From Pedosphaera sp. (GTDB lineage Bacteria; Verrucomicrobiota; Verrucomicrobiia; Limisphaerales; SIBH01): a DNA stretch of 39,431 nt. Positions 7,508-16,405 of the stretch are shown here, piece by piece. The notes under the pieces were generated by a model, which was not told the origin of the DNA, did not search any database, and worked only from the letters and a program-made list of their open reading frames with translations. Within the stretch, counting starts at the first letter, position 1, and every line of letters begins with the position of its first letter. The stretch is from NCBI GenBank assembly GCA_031414955.1, contig JANOQV010000241.1, forward strand, positions 1 to 39,431. The letters run 5' to 3'. Position numbers and translations under genes: made by a program.

Positions 7508-10500
7508 ATGAGAAACTCCTTCACCCTCCGATGGCTCCGCGTTTCGCTCGCCACTATCCTCCTCGCCACCGTCCTCGGTCGCGCCGGCACTACGAATTTC
7601 TTCGAGGGCTTTGAAGGTGTCTTGAATCCGGCTTGGTCCGTCGGGGATGCGAACGCCAGCGGCACGCCCGCCTATTGGGCCATCGTGGACAGCGCCTTCG
7701 GCGGTGAAGGCACGCATGGCGGAGGCGGTAAGATTTATTGCGCCGGTCTCGGCTACGCGGGTTCGACCAGCACGCCCACCTACCGTGACAGCATGAGCGC
7801 CTATCTTCAGCGCAGCATCAACCTCACTGGCTACAGCAACGCCACGCTTTCTTTCTGGTTTAAGCTGCCCGGAGTCGAGAGCGGCTACGATTCGGCCAAC
7901 GTGTATCTCGACAGCACGCTGCTCTGGTCCAGCGACATTGCGGCCACAGGCTGGACGCAGGTGGTGCTGTCTCTGGACGCGTTCGTGGGCGGAACGCACA
8001 CTCTCAAGTTTGAGTTCACCAGCGATACCACGGTCACTGCGGAAGGCTGGTATCTCGATGACATCCTCGTCGTGTCCGGTCCGGGCAACGACGCCTTCGC
8101 CAGCGCCTTCCTCCTCACCGGTGGATTCGGCTCGGTGACCAACAACAATGCCGCCGCAGGCAGCGAGGCGGGCGAGCCGCATCCAGGGAATTCAGTCTGG
8201 TATCGTTGGACGGCCCGGACGAATGGCCTCGTGACCTTCCGCACGGGCGGCAGTTCGTTCGACACCATCCTCTGCGTCTACGCCGGAACCAATTTACTCA
8301 CGTTGGCGAACGTGGCCTGCGACGACAATGGCGGCAGCAACAGCACCAGCCTCGTGAGCTTCAACGCGACCAACGGCGTGACCTACAGCGGCTCGGTGCG
8401 CGGGGCCACGAATGCGGAAGGCGCGGTTGTGCTGAGTTGGGATCAACCGAATGGTCACGGACTCGATCTATTGCCCGACTTGAGCGTCTGGGCCAGCCAG
8501 CCCAACGCTTATCTCTACGGCTGGTATCTCGACAGCAATCAGATTCCAGGGCGCGTGCTGCTGCGCATCTCGACCGCGACCCCGAACAGCGGCACCGGCC
8601 CGCTCGAACTGCACGGCAGTTCCACCACGCCCGGCGTTTCCCAGCGCATTTTCCGCAACGACGGCACCTGGTGGGAACGCTACGCCGGAACCTTCACTTT
8701 CCACGCCGGGCACCAGCATTTGCATTTCGACAACTGGCTCAACTTTCACCTGCGCTCCAATCTGTTGAACGATGCCGTGGGCGACATCATTGTCTCGGGC
8801 GACAAGACCAGCTTCGCCATCATTGACCTCACGCCCTACAACCTCGCGCTGCCCGGCGCGCCCGCGAGCGGCCATTACGGCGGCGGACTGGTGCAGGGAC
8901 TGTCGGTAGGCTGGGCGGATGTCTATGGCGCGAACCTCACCGATCAGTGGATCGATGTGACCGACGTACCGGCGGGCCGCTACTGGTTGGAGGCGATTGT
9001 CGATCCGGAGAACAGCATTCTGGAATCCGACGAGTCGAACAATGCCTCGCGCATTCTCATCGACCTCAATGTGGGCGGCGGGGGCGGCGGCAGCACGAAC
9101 GGGCCGGCTAACAATTTCTTCACCAACGCCTTTGTGCTGGGCGGGGTGATCGCGGCCTGGGCCGACTCGAACACCGGCGCGACGCGCGAGGCGGGCGAAC
9201 CGAACCACGCGGGCAACAGCGGCGGCCCCTCGGTCTGGTTCCGCTGGACCGCGCCCTCGAACATGAACGTGACCCTCACCACGGAAGGCAGCTCGTTCGA
9301 CACGACGCTCGGAGTTTACACGGGTGCGACCGTCGCGAGCCTCGCTGTCGTGGTCAGCAACGACGACGTGGTCTCTGGCACGCTCTGGAGCCGCGTTACG
9401 TTCTCTGCCACGAGCAACGCGACCTATCGCATCGCGGTGGACGGCTACAACGGCACGTCGGGCAGCTACGAGTTGAACCTGAACCCGGCCTGGAACGATC
9501 ATTTCGCCAGCAGCCTCGTGCTGACCGGCGCTTCCGGCACGGTGAGCGCGAGCACCCGTGGGGCGACTCGACAGGCCGGCGAGACGAACCACGCTGGTGT
9601 CTTCGGCAGCAACTCGATCTGGTTCTCCTGGACGGCGGCGCTTTCCGGCGAGGCGATTTTCCAGACCATCGGCAGCGGCTTCGACACCTTGCTGGGCGTT
9701 TACACTGGCGGCAGTGTCGCGGCCCTGACCGTGGTGGCGGCGGACGACAACTCCGCCGGCGGCACCGCAAGCCGCGTGACGTTCAGCGCCGTGGCCGGCT
9801 CGACTTATCGCATCGCCATCGATGGCCCGGCGGGCGCGCGGGGCCTGGCGCGGCTGACCTGGGCCGGCCCGACGCCGCCCACGATTCTGGCCCAACCGCT
9901 CAGCACCAACGTCACGGCGGGATCAGCGGCCACGTTCAGTGTCACCGCCGTCGGGTCCGCGCCGCTGGCCTATCAGTGGCGGCATCAGGGCACGAACCTC
10001 ACGGACAATCTCTATGTCTCCGGCGCTCATTCGCCGCTGCTGGCCTTCAACAAAGTTCAAGCCGCGAACGCGGGCGCTTACACCGTGGTCATCACGAATG
10101 CCTACGGCGCCATCACCAGCGCGCCCGGCAATCTCATTGTGGTGGATAACCCGCGCGTCGTCTTCGTCGAGGAAGCCGCCGGTCACAGCGGCGCCTTCGT
10201 GCGCGTGCCGGTCGAGATCCAGAGCCTCGGCAACGAACACGCGGTGAGCTTCTCACTGACGTTCGATCCCGCCGTGCTTTCCAATCCGCGAGTGACGGAT
10301 GTGCCGGCCGGTGCAGCGCTGGTGCTGAACACCAACCAGGTCGGCACCGGGGCGCTGGGCGTCTTGGTCACGCTGCCGGCGGGCGGGGTGTTTCCGGCTG
10401 GGGATGCGGGGGTGGCGGAGTTTGTCTTCAACACCGCGCCGTCGCCCGTCGCCCTCGACACGTTCGTCGGGTTCCATCTGTCGCCGGTGCCGCGCCTCGT

Positions 10501-10771
10501 CACGGACACGAACGGCGTGACCCTCCCGGCCTTGTTCGTGGCCGGGGTGATTCATCTGGAAGCGCTGCGGCTGGCGAGTGGCGGAGTGAGCAACGGAGTC
10601 TTCCGGTTGAGCTTTGGCGCGGTGAACGGCGAACGGTACGCCATCGATGCCTCGGCGGATTTGATCAACTGGACGCCGCTGGCCACCAACACCGCCGTGG
10701 GAAGCTCGATCCAGTTCCCCGACACCAACGCGCTGCCGCATCGTTTCTATCGCGCGCGTCCGCTGCCCTGA
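7508..10771 (+). CDS. Large secreted protein with lysyl-oxidase domain, three PPC-like beta repeats, Ig and cohesin-like domains, C-terminal FYR module
   Basis: Signal peptide from ATG 7508. LOX motifs LPDL, HAGHQHLH, KTSF, QGLSVGWADVY, QWIDVTDV...ESDESNN. Three repeats with S(V/I)W(Y/F)xWT...GSxFDT. Ig motif PLAYQW...YTVVITN. Confidence 0.88.
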   Translation: MRNSFTLRWLRVSLATILLATVLGRAGTTNFFEGFEGVLNPAWSVGDANASGTPAYWAIVDSAFGGEGTHGGGGKIYCAGLGYAGSTSTPTYRDSMSAYLQRSINLTGYSNATLSFWFKLPGVESGYDSANVYLDSTLLWSSDIAATGWTQVVLSLDAFVGGTHTLKFEFTSDTTVTAEGWYLDDILVVSGPGNDAFASAFLLTGGFGSVTNNNAAAGSEAGEPHPGNSVWYRWTARTNGLVTFRTGGSSFDTILCVYAGTNLLTLANVACDDNGGSNSTSLVSFNATNGVTYSGSVRGATNAEGAVVLSWDQPNGHGLDLLPDLSVWASQPNAYLYGWYLDSNQIPGRVLLRISTATPNSGTGPLELHGSSTTPGVSQRIFRNDGTWWERYAGTFTFHAGHQHLHFDNWLNFHLRSNLLNDAVGDIIVSGDKTSFAIIDLTPYNLALPGAPASGHYGGGLVQGLSVGWADVYGANLTDQWIDVTDVPAGRYWLEAIVDPENSILESDESNNASRILIDLNVGGGGGGSTNGPANNFFTNAFVLGGVIAAWADSNTGATREAGEPNHAGNSGGPSVWFRWTAPSNMNVTLTTEGSSFDTTLGVYTGATVASLAVVVSNDDVVSGTLWSRVTFSATSNATYRIAVDGYNGTSGSYELNLNPAWNDHFASSLVLTGASGTVSASTRGATRQAGETNHAGVFGSNSIWFSWTAALSGEAIFQTIGSGFDTLLGVYTGGSVAALTVVAADDNSAGGTASRVTFSAVAGSTYRIAIDGPAGARGLARLTWAGPTPPTILAQPLSTNVTAGSAATFSVTAVGSAPLAYQWRHQGTNLTDNLYVSGAHSPLLAFNKVQAANAGAYTVVITNAYGAITSAPGNLIVVDNPRVVFVEEAAGHSGAFVRVPVEIQSLGNEHAVSFSLTFDPAVLSNPRVTDVPAGAALVLNTNQVGTGALGVLVTLPAGGVFPAGDAGVAEFVFNTAPSPVALDTFVGFHLSPVPRLVTDTNGVTLPALFVAGVIHLEALRLASGGVSNGVFRLSFGAVNGERYAIDASADLINWTPLATNTAVGSSIQFPDTNALPHRFYRARPLP

Positions 10772-10868
10772 CGGAGCGCGGACCGCCGAGTCCGCGCGAT
10801 CATATCTGGCGATTCTGCGGGCGCATCCCGTTCGTTACGAACACGCGGACTCGGCGGTCCGCGCTCCG
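10772..10868. repeat. GGAG-type REP doublet (REPIN-like), possible bidirectional terminator
   Basis: Perfect 25-bp inverted repeat, 10772-10796 and 10844-10868 (CGGAGCGCGGACCGCCGAGTCCGCG). Each arm is GGAG plus the palindrome CGCGGAC..GTCCGCG. Fills the gap between two convergent stop codons. Confidence 0.88.
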
Positions 10869-10870
10869 CA

Positions 10871-13800
10871 TCAAGGTGCCGCCAGCCGGTAGAAGCGCGT
10901 CCCGTTGGTAGTAGGATCGGTGATGACGATGGTTCGCACCGTCGGTGCGGAAGCCACATTGGTCATTGGCAACCAGGTCAACGCCGTGAGCGTATCCTTG
11001 AACTGCACGGTGAAGGTGCGGTTCGAGGCCGCTGTGAATTCAAACTCCACCCCGCCGCCGGTCGCACTGATGCGCTCCACATGCAGGCGGCTGGCCGGAT
11101 TGTTCGGGTGCGTGCCGGCGAGATACTCCTGCCCGTTCGTGAAGCCGTCACTGTCGTTGTCATCGTTCGCGTCGGGCGTGCCGACCAGCGTGCCGTTGGC
11201 GATTTCCCACGCGTCGGGCAATCCGTCGCCGTCGCTGTCCACGTCGGCGTTCTCGCGGCCCGGCGTCGCGGTCGCGGCCTGCCAGTTGATCGGGTCGTCG
11301 CCATATTGATTTGAAAACTTGCGCTGGAGGGAAGGACCGCTTCCATCCGCCGCCGCCGGCCACGGCGCCTTGTCGTTGTAACGCACCGAGTCCACGACGA
11401 TGTAAGGCGTGCCGTTCGTGTCCGGCGCGTCGGGGCGCGTGAGCGAGAGGCGCTCGCCGCTGCCCTGCAACGAGCCGAGAAAATCGTAGGTGAAGATCGG
11501 CACGTTCACCGGCACCGAGTGGTTCGCGCGAAAGCCAGTGACGTTGCTGATCACGACAAGGACGAGTCCGCCGGGCGGCACGGTGAGGTTCGTCGGAAAA
11601 GTGAAGCCCACGCCTTCGAGCTTCCAGGTATTCGCCGGGAACGCCGCGTGGAACAGCGGCACGTTGGTCGCGCTGATGTTCTTCAATTCCACGAACGCAT
11701 CTTGTGGCATCACGGGATGGTAGTGAATCTCGTTGATGACGAGCGGCCCGACGCGCGGGCCGGAGTTGGTGGCGTTGAAAGTCGGGGAGATTTGCGCCGG
11801 GAACTGTTCCTCGCCCACGCTGTTGAGGTGGCGGCCAAAGGTCACGCCGTTCGCCGCCGCGCTGAAGCTGAAGCCGTGCGACCAGCCGGTGAGATTCGTG
11901 TTCGCATCACCGGAGAAAAGATAGACGAACTCGCCGCTGGAACTGAGTGAGAAGCTGTCGTTCGTGCCGGGAGTGGCGTTGAACTGCGTTTCGTCGAAAG
12001 TCAGGAAGCCGCCCGCGGTGATCGTCATGCCGTTGGGGATGCGATACTTCTTCAGCCGGCCGGATTCGTCCGTCAGGAACCAGCCGCCCACATCCACATT
12101 GGTCGCGGCGAGGTTGTGGATTTCAATGCGGTCCACCGCCGGCAGATCGGTGTGCGTGAGCACTTCGTTGACGACGACGGGGGCGATGAACGGCGCGGGA
12201 TCGTCCGCGCCGGGCGAACCGCCGCTGAACGTGCTGGCCCGCCACTTCGCGCCGTCGTCCGGGGCCTGGAACGTGCCGGGGAGCAATGGGACGAGCGAAA
12301 AGCCATGACCGTCCGGCGTCACCGGCCACGGCGCAGTGGTGCCGTAGGTGAGCGAAAGAATGGTCGGGCCGTAGGGCGGGCCGCCCGCCGCCTGCTGCGA
12401 GAGCGTGATCGTCTCCCCGTCGTTGGCGAGCTGTCCGGTGAAGAAGCCGTCCGCCGTCACGCCGGGATACTTCGCGTTGAACGGAATCCCGCTGCGCGCG
12501 AGGACGAAGAACTGGCCCGGCCCGAGCAGCGTGCCGTTGGTGAAGTTGAACGTGAAGCCGTCGGTGAACCCGCAGCCGGTCAGATCGAGAGCGTTCGTGC
12601 CGTAGTTTTTCAACTCGAGGAACTCCAGATCGCTGCTGCCAAAAGGCGCGAGCGCAGGCGGGCGGTACATGATTTCCGTCAAGGCCAGCTTCGAAAAATC
12701 CTGCGGTGGAAAGAACGTGGCCTCGGCCAGCGCGCTCCAGTTGCCGCCGCCAAGCACGCGCGAACGCACGAGCGTTGGCGCGTTGATCGGCACCGGCGTT
12801 GCGAACGCCTGCGCGCCCGCCGCGACCGCGCCGCTGCCATACACGCGCGGGTCGCTGCCGTCGGTGGTGAAGTAAATCGTCCCGCCGACATTCGTGTGCG
12901 TGATGGTGAGGGAGAAGCCTGCCGTTACGCTGCCGCCGAACTGGCTGAACACGGGAGCGCCGACGAGCGGATACAAATTGCCGGCTTGGAAGCGGGCCAC
13001 GTTGTCCGCCGTGAGCTTCTGGAAAAAGTTCGTCAGCGTTTTGTCGAGTTCCGGCCGCCACCATTCGTTGCGCGTGAAAGTATTGCTCGTGCCGATCTGC
13101 CCGGCGGGCACGCCGATCTTGCGCGCGTCACCCCAGCGCGCGGACTCGCCCACGAGGGCGTTGGTCAGTCCCGTGGACGCGGCGAGCAGGCGCGCGGCGT
13201 TCGCGGCCGGCGTGAGCGCGCCGCCGTTGAAGAGATGCTTATGAACGCGGTCGGCGAAGCGCAGGCGGAATTCCGGCCAGTTGCGGCACTGGAAGTAAAG
13301 ACGCGCGGGGCTGTATTGCTCGCCTGCGCCGCCGCCGTTGTTGCCCGCGTCAATGCGGTTGCGACGCACCAGCCGGTCGAGCACCAGCTCTTGATCCCAC
13401 ACGGCGAAGATAAATTTTGTGCCCGCCACGCCGTTCGTCGCGCGGCGGTGCGCGCCGTACCAGTTGTGTCGCGGCCAGTCCTCGGACTCAGCGACGATGT
13501 GGAGCATCATGTAGTCAATGAGGTTGTCCACATCCACGGCGTTGGTGATCGCGGCGTAGGCGGACTCGCTGGCGATGGGCGACGCGGCGAGCGCGAGCAC
13601 GGCGTTCCAGTCCGTGAGCGAGCCGTCCACGAGCACGGTCGGGCCGTTGTTGTCCTCGCCCACCACCACATCCCACGCGCCCTCGTCGCCGCCGAGATGC
13701 TGGCTGAAGTAATACGCGCCGTAGCGTTCCGAAGGGAAGTAGAGGCCCCAATACAAACCGTTGAGATAAAGATGCGCGAACGCGCTGCGGCTCGAAATCC

Positions 13801-16312
13801 AGCCCATGTCGCGGAAAGATCCCTTCACCCACACGTCGCGCAGGTAGAGCGTGTTCTCGGGACGATAGCGCAAGCCACGGAACTGCTCGCCGGTCTCGCT
13901 GCTGGTATAAATTGTGTTGTCCGCATAGCGACCAGCCCAGCCGTCCACGAAGCCCGCCGAGCGCAGGATGATCGCGTCGTGCGTTTTCACGCCGCCGCCG
14001 AACCAGTCGTAGTCGAGCTTGGTCGGGCCGTAGTCGCTGTTGAAGTTGAGCCGCATGGAATGCTTCGGCGTGCGGGCGTTGTCGCGGCTGGCGTTGCCGT
14101 GCATTTCCATCTTCGCCGTCGTGGCAAACTCGGTGCCGCCGTCGCCCGCGATCAATTCCGCCGAGGCTGCGCGTTCCCACGCCGCGCCGCTGCTGGTCGC
14201 GTTCGGGTAAATGCCGGTCGAGGAATTCCACAGGCCATCCTGGCCCGACACGAGCATCAGGCTCGGAATGCTCCGCAGATCGTTGCTGATGGTCGCGCCA
14301 TAGACGACGTGGTTCACGATGTTTGAGTCCATCGCGTAGTCGGCGGTGTAGGCGGCCTGCCAGAGCGTCGGGTAGCCGGGGATGTTGTTCGACTGACGCA
14401 GCACATCGGTCATGAAAATGTAGCTGTGCGTGTCCACGCCGCTCGGCACCCAGCCCGCCAGATACGCGGCGGCACGGATGAAACTGTTTCCCGTGATGCT
14501 GATGGGCGCGGTGTGCAGGAAGCCGTTGGTCGGCGCGGGCGCGCTGCCGTTCGTCGTGTAATAAATGCTGGCGCCGGCCGTGGCGCAGGTGATGGAGAGC
14601 GAGAAGGGCGCGTCGAAGAAGCCGCGGTCCACACTGAACTTGGTGTCGGCCACCACGCCGTAAAGCGCGGCACTGTTCGACGTGCCGGGCGTCACGGGTG
14701 CGAAGAAGCCGTTGGTGATCGGCTGCAAGCTGGCGATGAGCTGCGGCTCGATAAAAAAGTCCGAGTCACCCGCGGCGATGTTCAACGCCTGCACCGCGAG
14801 AATGTTGGTGCCACCGACCAGCAGTCCGGGAGCCGCGGGCAAAATGATGTCCTCGGCCACGGCGGACGAGTTGGTGGCGGTGGCGGCGGAGTCCCACGCG
14901 GGTGTAAGCGGGGCGTTGCGACGCGCGACCTCGGTGCCGTTGAGGTAGGCGATGAAGCCGTCATTGTACTTCACGCGCAAGGTGACCTGCGCCACCAGAG
15001 CGGGAGTGGAGACAATGAACGACTGCCGCGCGTAGAGCGTGGAGTTTAGGCCGGCTAGTGCAGTGGCGTTGCCGTTCGTGGCCGGCAGCAGGACGGCGGG
15101 CGTGACCTGAATCGCATTCAGGAAAACCCCGAAGGAAGCGATGGGTGTCGGGGCGGAGGCGTCCACGCTGGCCGGGTTGCGCCGGCCGCGAACCACCACG
15201 AGACCGTCCGCGTCCGACGTGGCGTCGAAGGTGAAGTTGTACTGGGCGTCGCTGGTCGGAAGCACCGTGCCGTTGAAGGCGTAGCCGTTGGTGGCCACCA
15301 CGCCATTGGCCGACCAGTCGGAGACACGGTTGCCTCCGCTGCCGCTGTCGTACGACCAGACAGTCAGGCGATGGAGCGCATTCGAGGCCAGGCCCGCCAG
15401 TGTGATGTCCAGTCCGCCGGTGGTGTTCAAATCCTGGGAGAAGACGAAATCGCGCAGCAACGGCGCGTTGGTGCCCCCGGCCGAATCCACCGGCGTGCCG
15501 CGCAGCCGATCATTGTAACCGAAGGGCAGGGTGTTCGACAGCGTGACGGAATAAGCGCCGTACGTTCGCACCGTCGCCTGAGTTTGCACGGCGGTGACAC
15601 TGACATTGGAGTTGATGACGAAAGGCTGAAAGCCCGCCAGCGTGTTGGTGGGGAAGTTGGAATTGCGCCGGTTGAAATCCACGCTCAGGAGCGCCGCCCC
15701 GGCCGGCGCGCTGAACAGGCCCACGTCGTAGCGCAGGGGCATGAGAGCGCTGCTCCAGGAAGAGTCATCGAATCCGGGCGCAGTCCAGGTCGCGCCGGGC
15801 GCGTCGCTCACTGGCACGAGCCAGCGCGTCGCGCCACCAGCGGCGAGGAGCGTGACCACGGCGCCGTTCGTGGTGCCGGGGCCGTAACTGACGTTGCGGT
15901 GTTGCTGCGGGTAATTGAACTCGCTGGCGATGACGCTGTTCGAGTCCACGAGGGCCAGATAGCCGCCGCCGTTCTGCAACTGGAAGTTGGCGTGCAACTG
16001 CGCGCCGTTGGTCGCGCGATCCTTGCCCGAGGCGAAGACGATCAGGTAGCCGCCGGCGGACAGATTGGTGGCGGGAAAAGCCCACTTGGCCAGGTTGGTC
16101 GGATTGTCCGTGAGCCGCCAGCCCTCAAGGCTGACCGCCAGCACGCTGGTGTTGCGCAGTTCGATCCAGTCCGGCGTGTCGCCGTCCTGATCGATCAGCC
16201 CGCCGTCGTTCTCGGCCAGGAATTCAGAAATGATGATGGTGGCGGCCCGGCTGCTTTGACCGAAGGCGAAAAGAGACAGGCATAGGGCGAGAATGTGACA
16301 GCTTTGGCGCAT
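10871..16312 (-). CDS. Secreted CotH-kinase / lamin-tail-domain protein with Fn3-associated and TSP3-like repeats
   Basis: Signal peptide from ATG 16312. Four LTD-like starts (ISEF..DWIEL, TEIMY..EFLEL, NEVL..RIEI, NEIHY..FVEL). CotH motifs HGNASR, KHSMRL, LYLNGLYWGLY, DWPRHNW, WDQE. DSDGDGLPDAWE repeat. C-terminal RFYRL. Confidence 0.9.
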   Translation of the reverse strand: MRQSCHILALCLSLFAFGQSSRAATIIISEFLAENDGGLIDQDGDTPDWIELRNTSVLAVSLEGWRLTDNPTNLAKWAFPATNLSAGGYLIVFASGKDRATNGAQLHANFQLQNGGGYLALVDSNSVIASEFNYPQQHRNVSYGPGTTNGAVVTLLAAGGATRWLVPVSDAPGATWTAPGFDDSSWSSALMPLRYDVGLFSAPAGAALLSVDFNRRNSNFPTNTLAGFQPFVINSNVSVTAVQTQATVRTYGAYSVTLSNTLPFGYNDRLRGTPVDSAGGTNAPLLRDFVFSQDLNTTGGLDITLAGLASNALHRLTVWSYDSGSGGNRVSDWSANGVVATNGYAFNGTVLPTSDAQYNFTFDATSDADGLVVVRGRRNPASVDASAPTPIASFGVFLNAIQVTPAVLLPATNGNATALAGLNSTLYARQSFIVSTPALVAQVTLRVKYNDGFIAYLNGTEVARRNAPLTPAWDSAATATNSSAVAEDIILPAAPGLLVGGTNILAVQALNIAAGDSDFFIEPQLIASLQPITNGFFAPVTPGTSNSAALYGVVADTKFSVDRGFFDAPFSLSITCATAGASIYYTTNGSAPAPTNGFLHTAPISITGNSFIRAAAYLAGWVPSGVDTHSYIFMTDVLRQSNNIPGYPTLWQAAYTADYAMDSNIVNHVVYGATISNDLRSIPSLMLVSGQDGLWNSSTGIYPNATSSGAAWERAASAELIAGDGGTEFATTAKMEMHGNASRDNARTPKHSMRLNFNSDYGPTKLDYDWFGGGVKTHDAIILRSAGFVDGWAGRYADNTIYTSSETGEQFRGLRYRPENTLYLRDVWVKGSFRDMGWISSRSAFAHLYLNGLYWGLYFPSERYGAYYFSQHLGGDEGAWDVVVGEDNNGPTVLVDGSLTDWNAVLALAASPIASESAYAAITNAVDVDNLIDYMMLHIVAESEDWPRHNWYGAHRRATNGVAGTKFIFAVWDQELVLDRLVRRNRIDAGNNGGGAGEQYSPARLYFQCRNWPEFRLRFADRVHKHLFNGGALTPAANAARLLAASTGLTNALVGESARWGDARKIGVPAGQIGTSNTFTRNEWWRPELDKTLTNFFQKLTADNVARFQAGNLYPLVGAPVFSQFGGSVTAGFSLTITHTNVGGTIYFTTDGSDPRVYGSGAVAAGAQAFATPVPINAPTLVRSRVLGGGNWSALAEATFFPPQDFSKLALTEIMYRPPALAPFGSSDLEFLELKNYGTNALDLTGCGFTDGFTFNFTNGTLLGPGQFFVLARSGIPFNAKYPGVTADGFFTGQLANDGETITLSQQAAGGPPYGPTILSLTYGTTAPWPVTPDGHGFSLVPLLPGTFQAPDDGAKWRASTFSGGSPGADDPAPFIAPVVVNEVLTHTDLPAVDRIEIHNLAATNVDVGGWFLTDESGRLKKYRIPNGMTITAGGFLTFDETQFNATPGTNDSFSLSSSGEFVYLFSGDANTNLTGWSHGFSFSAAANGVTFGRHLNSVGEEQFPAQISPTFNATNSGPRVGPLVINEIHYHPVMPQDAFVELKNISATNVPLFHAAFPANTWKLEGVGFTFPTNLTVPPGGLVLVVISNVTGFRANHSVPVNVPIFTYDFLGSLQGSGERLSLTRPDAPDTNGTPYIVVDSVRYNDKAPWPAAADGSGPSLQRKFSNQYGDDPINWQAATATPGRENADVDSDGDGLPDAWEIANGTLVGTPDANDDNDSDGFTNGQEYLAGTHPNNPASRLHVERISATGGGVEFEFTAASNRTFTVQFKDTLTALTWLPMTNVASAPTVRTIVITDPTTNGTRFYRLAAP

Positions 16313-16405
16313 AAATATTTGGGATGGCCGAAAGCTACTACACCGGCAGGCGTTCTTACAACACAACGCTACGGGCAACAGGCTGAAGGTGTCTGCCCGG
16401 ATTCG

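Noticed and set aside
12116..14326. 736-aa plus-strand ORF
   Set aside because: Antisense shadow of the CotH gene in GC-rich DNA; Arg/Ala-rich with no motifs.
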